This document shows positions 37,803-48,554 of a stretch of DNA of 64,000 nt, in pieces. This DNA is from Anthoceros angustus. Its lineage: Eukaryota; Plantae; Anthocerotophyta. Position 1 is the first letter of the stretch. Every line of letters starts with the position of its first letter. The notes beneath the pieces were generated by a model. That model was not told the DNA's origin. It saw only the letters and a list, made by a program, of their open reading frames with translations, and did not search any database. The stretch is from the NCBI GenBank assembly GCA_010909165.1, contig MU008191.1, forward strand, positions 574,377-638,376, written 5' to 3'. A program made the position numbers and the translations under genes.

Positions 37803-39615
37803 TCAGACATCAGGAAATGGTGGAAAAATATCATCCATCGGTCCAGCCGGAGCAACATCACCTGCTGGCACCAAACGCGCTGGAGGTAGAACAATCGGCG
37901 GCAGAGAATTCAGAGGAGGCAGCATTGGAGTCGGTGCCCGCGCTCTACCACGGGGAGATGGTGGAAAAATATCATCCATCGGTCCAGCCGGAGCAACATC
38001 ACCTGCTGGCACCAAACGCGCTGGAGGTAGAACAATCGGCGGCAGAGAATTCAAAGGAGGCAGCATCGGAGTCGGTGCCCGCGCTCTACCATGGTGAGAT
38101 GGTGGAAAAATATCATCCATCGGTCCAGCCGGAGCAACATCACCTGCTGGCACCAAACGCGCTGGAGGTAGAACAATCGGCGGCAGAGAATTCAGAGGAG
38201 GCAGCATTGGAGTCGGTGCCCGCGCTCTACCATGGGGAGATGGTGGAAAAATATCTATAGGTCCAGCCGGAGCAACATCACCTGCTGGCACAAAACCCGC
38301 TGGAGGTAGAACAATCGGCGGCAGAGAATTCAAAGGAGGCAGCATCGGAGTCGGTGCCCGCGCTCTACCATGGGGAGATGGTGGAAAAAGATCATCTATA
38401 GGTCCAGCCGGAGCAACATCACCTGCTGGCACAAAACCCGCTGGAGGTAGAACAATCGGCGGCAGAGAATTCAGAGGAGGCAGCATCGGAGTCGGTGCCC
38501 GCGCTCTACCACGGGGAGATGGTGGAAAAATATCTATAGGTCCAGCTGGAGCAACATCACCTGCTGGCACAAAACCTGCTGGAGGTAGAACAATAGGCGG
38601 CAGAGAATTCAGAGGAGGCAGCATTGGAGTCGGTGCCGGTGCTCTACCACGGGGAGATGGCGGAAAAAGATCATATATAGGTCCAGCCGGAGCAACATCA
38701 CCCCATGGCACCAATTCCGCTGGAGGTAGAACAATTGGCGGCAGAGAATCCAATGGTGGCAGCATTGGAGGTGGTGTGCGGGCCTTCATACCTCCTGGAC
38801 TTGGGGGACTGGGTGGGGATTCGACAGGAGCCCCTGGCGTTCCTGGACCAGGCTTCCCCCTTCCTCCACACTGCTGAACGCTTTGAAACACAAAGTCGTT
38901 CTTAAAGCCGTCATCTCTGACGTAGTAGAACACCACGTTGGAGTCCGGTGATATAACCTTCCCTGAATGAACCAGCCATTGATCTGTCTTCCCGGGCACC
39001 TCAGATATATCTCCATTTGGATCTTGCAGCGCCTTGAAATTGTCACAGCCCAAGATCACCTCTGACGGCCCGCATGTTGCGTTTGCGTTTGCACATGGAT
39101 TCGTCACATTTACCATGTACCTGTAGCCCTTGGTGCTTTGCTCTAGCGTTGTCTGGATGAGAATAAGGCTGTTTGGACACTCTTGTTCATCTGGCAGCAA
39201 AATTAAATATTGCAGGTCAATAAGATTCGACAGGCTGAAAGACGTATCTAACTTGATCAATCAAAATAGAAACCTTCAACGGCTTCAAGCTTCGCTAGCA
39301 ATAGACGTCCATGTGGCATTTCAATTCGAACTTGGTGATATGTAGGTAACATTGCAAGACTGCCGCCGTCTTGTAAAGCTATTTGAAAAAACAATTTTGA
39401 TTAAAATTATAAATATTCACTTTAGGTATTCAACTGATAAAACATGCACTTTATGTATTGAAATAATAAAATAGAAGTACTATAGTTCTAACGAGTTTGA
39501 ACAGAAAATACATACTTCCATGACCCAGATCGAAAATACATAATAGATTATATATGCTGAAGGAGAAGATAATAGTAGCAATTAATAGCAATTCCTTAGT
39601 TGTCCGACTTTTCAT
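37803..39615 (-). CDS. Secreted TPD1-like Cys-rich domain protein with seven C-terminal Pro-rich tandem repeats, 3 exons (39615-39516, 39378-39274, 39190-37803), ~530 aa
   Basis: Signal peptide MKSRTTKELLLIATIIFSFSIYNLLCIFDLGHG, pro-region with GRLLL, then a TPD1-type pattern C.....IQ......Y.V.VTNPC...C.PS.V.LGC..F.....P......LV.SG..I.....V.FYY......F......C. 1593 nt in frame with GT-AG introns. Confidence 0.75.
37817..38775 (-). repeat. Coding tandem repeat, 7 units of 138-141 bp (RGRARAPTPMLPPLNSLPPIVLPPARLVPAGDVAPAGPMDDIFPPSP)
   Basis: Unit starts at ~37820, 37961, 38102, 38243, 38381, 38522 and 38660. All unit lengths are multiples of 3. Confidence 0.95.
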
Positions 39616-40776
39616 CTTGAATTATCCTACAAGAATGGAAGTAAAGAAATTAAAATAATTACAATACCTTTATAATTTTTTTCATCCACAACTAGATGAA
39701 CAATCCTTTCCATCCAAATTAGAAATGAATACACATATTAAAATCAAAGAGTCAATTTTTTTTTAAAAAAACACAAAAACATGATTAGACTTACTACACG
39801 TGCATACTCCAATCAAAAATCTTGTTTGGTATGACTCTACTCATACATATATAAACTATGAAGATATTGCTTATGCATAAGCGAGATAGATGTCTCATAT
39901 TAAAATTCATCAATTAAAAATATACATGTAACTAATAAATTTAAAATCTCAATCAATGAATAACAAAATCCATATAAAGAAGAAATCTCCCAAGAAACGA
40001 ACAATCAACAACCTTGTTCGTTGTTCTATAAGTACATATGTTTTCAAAAACACGTGAGACTGGGTCGAGGAAAGTCACGAGTACTCGCAATACTCGCAAA
40101 CCATACAAGGGACCCACCTATTTCTTGCATGCAAGATTGTGAGCTACAAAATCTTAAAATCAATCCACGTCGAAAACCTCCCTTGAGTTGTGAATGAAAA
40201 CACTCACTAATATTTATAGGTTTGCCAATAGTCAATTGAAGTCAAGAAGAAATTATGACAAGAGAGCAATAATTAAAAACTGAAGAAGGAGATATTCATA
40301 TATAAGAAAGCAATGGAAAGAAACTCGATATAATCTTAGGGAACAATCATTTAATCGAAATGATTGAATTTACTTATTTTTAATCCCAAGAGTAATCAAC
40401 TAGTGCAATTTTTAATCTCAAGAATAATAACTAGTGTACCACTTGGAAGGAGTGGCTAATATATAAATCGTAATGATGGAATTGTCTTCCACAGATGGTG
40501 CTTATTCTATAATTGGACCAGGTTAGATGTATATCATCATCATTATCTAGGAACATATACAAATTGCGTAACTTTGATTAGCGAGGGAACCATTATCAAA
40601 GGCAAAAGATTACAAGTCTGCAAGAGAGAAATTACCTCTTGCTACTTCTTTAAATTCAAAGGATCCATACACAATTTGTAGTTAGCCTAACTGGCAAAGC
40701 ATGTCATCTACAAGTCATTGCTGCATAGAGTAGTGCTCCATAGATATATGATCCTAAACTTGCTTCGGCCAGCTGC

Positions 40777-40944
40777 CGAATTGTAACCAAGGATCCAAGC
40801 GGTGAAAGCTCTTGGACGCGAATTGTAACCAAGGATCCAGGCAGTGAAAGCTCTTAGATGCGAATTGTAACCAAGGATCCAGGCGGTGAAAGCTCTTGGA
40901 CGTGAATTGTAACCAAGGATCCAGGCGGTGAAAGCTCTTGTACG
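40777..40944. repeat. 42-bp tandem repeat x4 (CGAATTGTAACCAAGGATCCAGGCGGTGAAAGCTCTTGGACG) related to F-box 3' coding sequence; x2 at ~49735-49818 and x3 at ~57685-57803
   Basis: The units are directly visible. The same AACCAAGGATCC..GTGAAAGCTCTTGTAC core occurs near the F-box gene 3' ends (~46144, ~51279, ~59252). Confidence 0.85.
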
Positions 40945-41098
40945 TAAACTGTTTGTTGGAGCAAGGGGTAAACCACCTCCAAACTGGAAGTATAGTTAAG
41001 TTGGTCGTGTGATGCGTTCTTTTGTCAGGCCTGTTGGTTCCTGCGGGTGGTGCAAAGGGAGGGTGCCGGCCGGCCGGTGCCCTCCTCTTTCACCACCC

Positions 41099-43720
41099 TA
41101 TTGGTGCCCATTGACTCCACAGCGGCGCTCCCGCATAATTCCACAGCTGGTTCCTCTGAGCCACACACTCAACATCATGAAATCTAAAGCTTGGTGGAGA
41201 AGAGACCCATGCTCTTCCCGTGGTTTGCACTCCACCCCTCCACAATTATTGCAAGCCTCCACACACACCGTCCCTCGCCCAATATTTTCAGCAACGAGCT
41301 CATACTCCAAGCTACCACCAACCCCTTCAATTACCTCCGCTGGCGCCCACCGTGCCGCACCTGTGATCCTACGGATGTAGGGCCACCTCTACACCTCCCT
41401 ACGGACGTAGGGTCAACTGCATGGCCCTACCGCCTCCACACTCTCCAGCAAGAAGGTCTCCCGTGGCGGATCTTGCTCCATGCCTTCCTCTTCCTCCTCC
41501 GAGTCATCCTCTACGGCCTTCCATATACCTGTCGGATGTGTTGGGCTGTCCAGCACCCTGGATCAGTCCTTGCATCCCTATTCTCCAGTTCCTCAAGTTC
41601 CTGCCGTGGCATAGTGAAGTTTATAAATCATTCCTCTATCATCTCCAAGTTGACATAGGCCCAATGGCAGCCATACACCCATTGCAATTGTACGTTGGGC
41701 TCTCCAGCAAACCATCTGAATGCCACCAAGTGCCTAGCCTCCACTTCCTCTTCACTCCACAGTCCCACCTAGCTCAAACTTGATGTCCTCACAGCATATA
41801 GCTCCTCATGCGCCCAAATCCCTCACTTGCAAGGTCCTAGGCATAAGGAGCCCAAATCCCTCACTTGCAAGGTCCTAGGCACAAAAATTCAGCGCCGCTG
41901 CCCTCTTCACAGTTGTGCTTCAAATCCCTTCACACACAACTCCTTATGCATGCATACCTTCTTCTCCTTGCACACACATGGGCACCGCGTTCTCACCAAG
42001 TCCTTGCCCTAGCTTTCCCTTGCATGCACAAGCTCTTCCGTGCGATTCCTCGCAGGCTTCCTAGGTGTCACTCCCTACACACCCCCCTTGCATGGCCCTT
42101 TGGTAGTGATAGTGAAACTTCTTGATATAGGCCGTCGATTCCTTGCCATGTGGCACCATTTCCACCATCCTCTGCCTACGTAGGGAGACCTTACCGCTCC
42201 CTACGGTAGGGAGACACTCTCATCCTACCTATCTACCTACCTAACTATCCTACATGTAGGGAGCCCTTGCTGCCCTACATCCTACCCATGTAGGGCCACC
42301 CCGATCACCCTACATCTCTGTCACGCACTGCGTCACGCACTACCCTACCCACATACATACATGTATGTATGTCCTACCCATATACATACACGCATTGTCC
42401 TACCCACATACATACATGTAGGGATCCCTGCCCTACCTATGTAGGGTCACCCTTGTCACCCTACGTACTACCTTAACCTGTCCGAGATCCCTCCGCCCTA
42501 CACCTACTCCACGTGGGGTGCACCTCCCTACAGTAGGGAGTGCCATGCCCTACGTCCACTACCACCCTACACCTCCTCCGCGTAGGGTGCACCACTCAAA
42601 CACTCTCCCAATTAGCTCTCATGTGACTTCTGCAAATATAATAAGCTGAAACACCTCACACAAAAAGCACCCCATCCCTACGCACCACTCAAACACTCTC
42701 CCAATTAGCTCTCATGTGACTTCTGCAAATATAATAAGCTAAAACACCTCACACAAAAAGCACCCCATCTCAGCATTGATTTGCCCCTAAGGGGCTTGAC
42801 TTTGGAGTTCTTACACTTCACTATCCAACACACCAAATTGGCTTGCACGTGGTATTTGCCATGAATAAATTGGCCTTATTCTCTGGTGAACTCCTCACGC
42901 CTCAACATCATCTCGTATCAACCCTCCTTGCTGCCCATTTTTCCTCGCGGCCACCACAACGGCCTCCCTTCACTTTGACTTGCAGCCCCACTGCAAATTC
43001 TGCCGTCATGATGCACATCCCGTTGTGATCCCTTCACCATGTTGCAGCCCACCTGCAACACTGCCTTCCTATGGTTTTGCCACACCTCCATCTTGCAGCC
43101 CAGCTACAAATTCAGCCTGCTGTGAGTGCTCTACCCTGGCCTTTCCTAGTTCAACACAGGGCCATCCTCACATCGTGACTCCATTGAGAGCTCTTCCATG
43201 TGCCTCGGCACCGCCATGGCCTCCTCTTACAACCCTTGTGGCTGCCCACCCTGAACATGAGCTCCTCGCTCCCATCCTTGCACCCATTGCTGCTCCTCTC
43301 TCGCATGCTGAGCTCCCAGCCTAGAGCCACCCAGGATCCCTGAATTCCACCATTACGCACTTGGCCCATCTACCAGCGCCCTCCCATCGCAAAATCTCAG
43401 CAACATGAGCACCTACCCATGTCTCACTTCTTCCACACGTGTGGCAAATTACTTTTGCCTTAGGTGGTGGCCCCCAATAATCAGGCCTTTGCCTCTGCAA
43501 GCCTATCAGCATTGCTTGTGCAAAGAACCTCAAGCTACTTCCTTGGCTTAATTGCCTTCACCCTCTACTCCTCATTCTCCAACAAATTGCCTCAAGATCT
43601 TCTCGATACCTCTTCCACTTCACTTCAATTCTCTCGATTCGCTTGACTCTGCTCAGTTTGCTCTAGTTTGATCCCTTTTGATCCAAAAAGTAGGAGTGCC
43701 CAAACTTTCATGTTCCACAT
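41099..43720. mobile_element. Unclassified ~2.6-kb TE-like insertion unique to the first array unit
   Basis: Absent from other units, where the flanking GC-rich motifs are adjacent (49920-50040, 57905-58025). Contains many CCTAC/GTAGG motifs and a ~93-bp tandem duplication (42589-42768). No recognisable transposase or RT. Confidence 0.5.
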
Positions 43721-44180
43721 GGTGCAGAGGGAGGGCGCCGGCCGGTCGGCGCCCTCCTCAAGCACTACCCGTAGGGTGCTTTGATGCGGGGACTATGGAC
43801 CGCGTCCGAAATTTGGCGGTGGTCCTTGACTCAGTATCGGCGTAAGGCATGGACGAGTCGCCAGGCCGCCCTCTTGAATGGCTATTGTTGATGCTGATGA
43901 CCACTTCCTCCTTTAGCAGTTGTTTGTTGCAAGTTTTTCACGAGTATTGAAATAAGACTCTCACAAGTACATGCATGATTTTTATTGTGTTCCACCACTT
44001 GAAAAGTAATATTTTTGGTTGTAATAAACAGATGAAAATGGCAGCCCACTATGCTTTCTACAAAAATGCAGACAGGCCCGCATCCTACAGTGCTCTACTT
44101 CTGGGGTATAGAATTGAAAGTGCGTCTTTCATCAAAGGTATGGACTCCCAAAGGGTGTGCCCATTATCATAGCTTGGCAG

Positions 44181-45500
44181 TGTAAGGGTATTAAAGCCCA
44201 ATGTACTTAGACTAATATGCTTAGTCTAAGTTAGGTGTCAATTTAGTATCATTAGTTTAGCTAACGCTAATCACTAGGAAGCTTCTTGCGCGGTTTCCTA
44301 GGGTCTTCTTGTGGACCTTCCTAAGGAGCCCTGCTGGAGGGTATATATACCCCCAGAGCCCTCATTTCAATGAGAGAGATACATTTGCTTCCTCCTCTCC
44401 TCTCCTCTTTCCACCATCATGGGCTGCCACACGATCCTTCAACTGGTATCAGAGCTTTGGTCTGGTTGTGTTGTGATGCTAGACGATTCTAGCTTCTAGC
44501 GGCGCAGCCGTGGAATGCGGTGATCCATATCGCGGCAGCGCAACGCCGCGGAGGCCGTGAGCGGGCGAGGCCGTGAGCGGGCGAGGCCGTGAGCGGGCGA
44601 GGCCGCGAACGCGCAAGGCCTCCCGGGCGCCTGCAGAGCCTGCGGACGCTGCACGGCGGAGGCCGTGAGCGGGCGAGGCCGTGAGCGGGCGAGGCCGCGG
44701 CGTCAGCGGACACGGCGGCGGCGTCAGCGGACACGGCGGCGGCCGTGAGCGGGCGAGGCCGCGGCGGCGTCAGCGGACACGGCGGCGGCCGTGGCGGGGC
44801 AGGCCGTGGCGGGGCAGGCCGTGGCGGGGCAGGCCGTGAGCGGGCGAGGCCGTGAGCGGGCGAGGCCGTGAGCGGGCGAGGCCGTGAGCGGGCGAGGCCG
44901 TGAGCGGGCGAGGCCGTGGCGGGGCAGGCCGTGAGCGGGCGAGGCCGTGAGCGGGCGAGGCCGTGGCGGGGCAGGCCGTGGCGGGGCAGGCCGTGAGCGG
45001 GCGAGGCCGTGAGCGGGCGAGGCCGTGAGCGGGCGAGGCCGTGAGCGGGCGAGGCCGTGGCGCCCAAGAACCCAGTACCAAAATAATCGCGGTGCCGGGC
45101 GGCGAAGTAAAATTCGCCAAAATATTCTAATACTAAGGGAATGTAACTAATACACTCAGTCAGATGACTTTATTTCTTTTTTTAACTTTTCTGACAAGGC
45201 GAGTCGAGTGTTTTATCTGTATTGTTTTTTGAATCATGATGTTTTCATCATCAAAAAACGTCATGTTCAATATTGAGAAGTTAGATGGTACTAACTTCCC
45301 GTTTTGGAAAGAACAAGTGTATAATGTTCTAGTGCAGAAAAAGTAGATCAAGCCCATAAAGCTGTTACGCGTCAAACCAGATAGTATGACACAGGATGAG
45401 TGGCAGGACCTGGATGAGCTTGCTAGATCTATTATCATGCTAACATTGTCAAAATTGTACTTCAATGTGAGATAAAACCACGAGTTACTGATTTGTGGGG
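44181..45500 (+). mobile_element. Truncated Ty1/Copia LTR retrotransposon: 5' LTR (44181-44441, TG...CA), PBS (44444-44455), minisatellite leader, disrupted gag start (45236-45475)
   Basis: TGGTATCAGAGC is a tRNA-iMet PBS. Gag N-terminus MFNIEKLDGTNFPFWKEQVYNVLVQKK*..KPDSMTQDEWQDLDELARSII is Tnt1-like with an in-frame TAG at 45344. Absent from the other array units. Confidence 0.9.
44551..45060. repeat. GC-rich 15/16-bp minisatellite (GGCCGTGAGCGGGCGA / GGCCGTGGCGGGGCA) in the Copia 5' leader
   Basis: Many contiguous copies are visible. Confidence 0.9.
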
Positions 45501-46117
45501 AAGGTGTGACTTTGAGAACTGTTGTTTCGACCAAAGGGGTGACTATATTCCCCTTTAGAAATTATGGTGTTACCTCTTTGAGGTAAATTGTCATAAAACA
45601 TGCAGGATAATTCAATGTCTTTAGGTGGTTCGCCACATTTCATCTCACAATTCTCGATGCGAGATGCCTTTGTGGTATGCATGAAGTTGATACGCAATCG
45701 CATGCCATTGGAAAGCTCGTCGTTGCATGAGGCGGGCTGATGTTTTTAGATTCATTAAGCACGCCTTAAAAATGAAAGAGTGAAGCTCGTGAATCATTGA
45801 AAAAATAGGCCAACAAAGACCCGTTCATTACGGTGGTGGTCTCACATAGTGTGAGTGCTCGAGGAGTGTGGCATGCCCTACATGAAGCACGACAAAAACA
45901 AAAGCAGACAATGATTTCCCGAAAACTGCAATTCCCTAAATGATGTGAGACGGTCGAACATGAAGTAGATATATGTATGTTCCTAGACATTTTTGGTAGT
46001 GAAATTTTACTTCAAAAGAAGCGAGAACATGTCAAGTGAGCGTGTTCAAAGTAATGTAAAGACTACTTTCCTAGCCACAACAGCCCAAACTGTCGCAAGG
46101 GGTTGGGCGTATGTTCC

Positions 46118-47239
46118 TCAACTTGCTTTCGGTGTCGAGTTCCAACCAAGGATCCAAAGTGAAAGCTCTTGTACACAAAGTGTTTGTTGGGATAGGCGGA
46201 AGGCACCTCCAAGTCATGAGCTTTTGTCGCAAATCGAGACACGATCGGCTCCACTGCTCATGCATCACGATACTTGGAAATCCGCCCGCCACAATCACAG
46301 TGCGTCCATGACTCAAATTTTTCCATAATTGAGTGAACATGGCGGGGGCATGGCCTCCACCATCGCCCACGTCATGGACGCGAAATCCAGCTCCCAAATC
46401 TCCAAACTCACTTCACTCACGGGAATTCCAACACTTGGTCACGCATGGCCCCTGCACGCTCACGAGGTTGGAGTAGAAGATGAAGCGGCGGCGCCGGGCG
46501 CGCACAGCCCACCGGCCTCCTCTAGGTCATAGGCCAGCAGTCGCATCCTAGTGTGGCCAAGCGGTGAGCACGGTGCCACAAAGACTCCATGATCGGACTT
46601 GTTGCTGAAACGCGTCCACAGGAAACCTTGAGGTTGTCATGCTCCACCTCCGAGCGTGGAATCGAAGACAAACGCGTCGGGACGGGTTGGCCCATATCCT
46701 CGGACAGCCTCGAGTTGCGTAGTGCCACAAGCTTGAAGCATTTTGCCGTGGCGCCCACCAACACGCCCTCCACATCGCCGACCCGCACACCACGTGCCGG
46801 AGCGAGCCCAAGAGCCCGCCGCCGGGTTGCGCATGTGGGATGACCATCCGCCTTGCCGCCATCCGGCATATGTATTCGCGACTATCGGCCAGCAAGGCGT
46901 CGCCGCCGACACCGTGGGAGCTCCACATCCCGCGTCGAATCCATGGCGGAGTTGGAGTTGGTACCCGGTGGGAGGCGGGTTGTAGACGCATGAGGCCATG
47001 CTCATGTTGTGGAGGCGGCCTACTACGAACGATGCAATCCGCACTCCGCTTGTGATTCCATGCGCTCCTTCAACAACCACGCGACTCCACGGCCGCATTC
47101 CATGCCCTACACACCGCGGGATCGTAGAAGACTCACCAATGGCAGCCGAGCTCGGATCAAGGCCACCATGGTGCCACACAACTCGCTACACGCAACATCC
47201 TCGCACCATCCATCCGGAACCTTCATTCTCCGTCTCCAT
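46118..47239 (-). pseudogene. F-box/kelch-type gene copy 1 (frameshifted as assembled)
   Basis: F-box motif ARLPLVSLLRSR.VCRAWNAAV and C-terminal LEIWELD..W..VEAMPP.MF...WRCLP occur in different frames. Confidence 0.75.
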
Positions 47240-48454
47240 CCCGCAACCTCGAGCTCGTTTTGCTTGAACGCTTGAACGAAAGACGACGTACATGATATTT
47301 AATGTCCCAAATCACTACATATATAGCCTTTGAGTTCAATGGTTCGATGGTATAATCTCGAGAAATAAGAATCGATCTCGTTGATTGCAAAGTAGCTTTC
47401 CCAATTAACACTATACCACCGGATGTACATGTGCGGGCACTCCGCTTTGGGAAAGGCAAGCTTCATACACAACTAGAAAACGAGGGCTTGATCTATTGTG
47501 TCGCAACCAACAGTTGATCGGTAATAAACATGTACACAAAATGTGGCGGGTTGGAAAGCGTTAACACAAATCTGTCCAAAACGATATGCGATGTCTTGAC
47601 TCACCGCAGTATTCGAGGGTCACATTGCCCAAACCTCTATGCGGTGGTACCTATAGCATCTCGAGCTACCGCATCCGCTCAACTTGGCAAGACCCATGGC
47701 CATCAAGACGTCAATGTGCATCCGGTTGGTTCATGGTGCGGCTACATACCAGTCTGGATCTGCGACTGAAAATGGGCTCCATGTGCACAGCGTGAGGAGC
47801 CTAGCAATTCCACCCCAATAAAGAGTGTAGGTGGGGCCGGGCTAGGTTTTCCAACAATGTCTAGTCGTTGGAGCAGAGCACTTGTGGCCACAATTTTTCC
47901 TGGACCCTCCCATAACGAGATAAGAAGAGCTCCGTGCATGGCATGCACCACGCTGAAGGGGTTTAATTGTGAGGTGTTGTGGTTAGACTAGTGTAGACCA
48001 GCTTGGGTTGAGGAGCTACTCGGCTCCTCGGCATGGAGATGGGTCATGATGGCTCTCCTTCCACGACGAGCTCTCCGGATGAGCTTGGACCGGCAGCGGG
48101 ATCGGGAATGGGTGTCATGGTGGAACGGTGAGCACGTTATGTCGATGGGAAGTTTTTGAGGCATGCCATTGGAGAATCTGCCGGTGATGAGTTTTTGATG
48201 AGATGAGTTCCTTTCAGGAACTTGAAACTTGGGAATGTATGTGTTTGTCTCTCTTTGAACGAGTGGTAGGTGCTCATGACTTGGAGTCGCACTCGTGAGA
48301 ACACCCCGAACTAGTGTATTCAGCGTTTGACTATTCCACATGCGCCTTTGGAGGATTTTGCATGGGTTGAGAGCTTTCCTAGCGAGTTGAGCTCAACCTC
48401 TTTTCAACACAATCCCAAATTTAACAAGCCCCTCGATGGCCCAACAATACATAC

Positions 48455-48554
48455 TTCCATGACCCGGATCGAAAATACATAATAGATTATACATGCTGAA
48501 GGAGAAGAGGACAGTAGCAATTAATAGCAATTCCTTAGTCGTCCGAGTCTTCAT
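48455..48554 (-). other. Duplicated signal-peptide exon of the TPD1-like gene (intact ATG, 100 nt, GT donor); further copies at 55050-55147, 56414-56508 and 63161-63259 carry small indels
   Basis: Encodes MKTRTTKELLLIATVLFSFSMYNLLCIFDPGHG followed by GTATGT. Homology to the gene stops 9 nt into intron 1. Confidence 0.85.

Noticed and set aside
37793-38260. Plus-strand 155-aa repetitive ORF (MVEKYHPSVQPEQHH...)
   Set aside because: It is the antisense shadow of the TPD1-like repeats. It is interrupted by stops in later units, while the minus frame stays open and is linked to a signal peptide.
44489-45120. Minus-strand ORFs with ASPAHGLARSRPRPLT repeats
   Set aside because: Artefact of a stop-free GC minisatellite inside the Copia leader.
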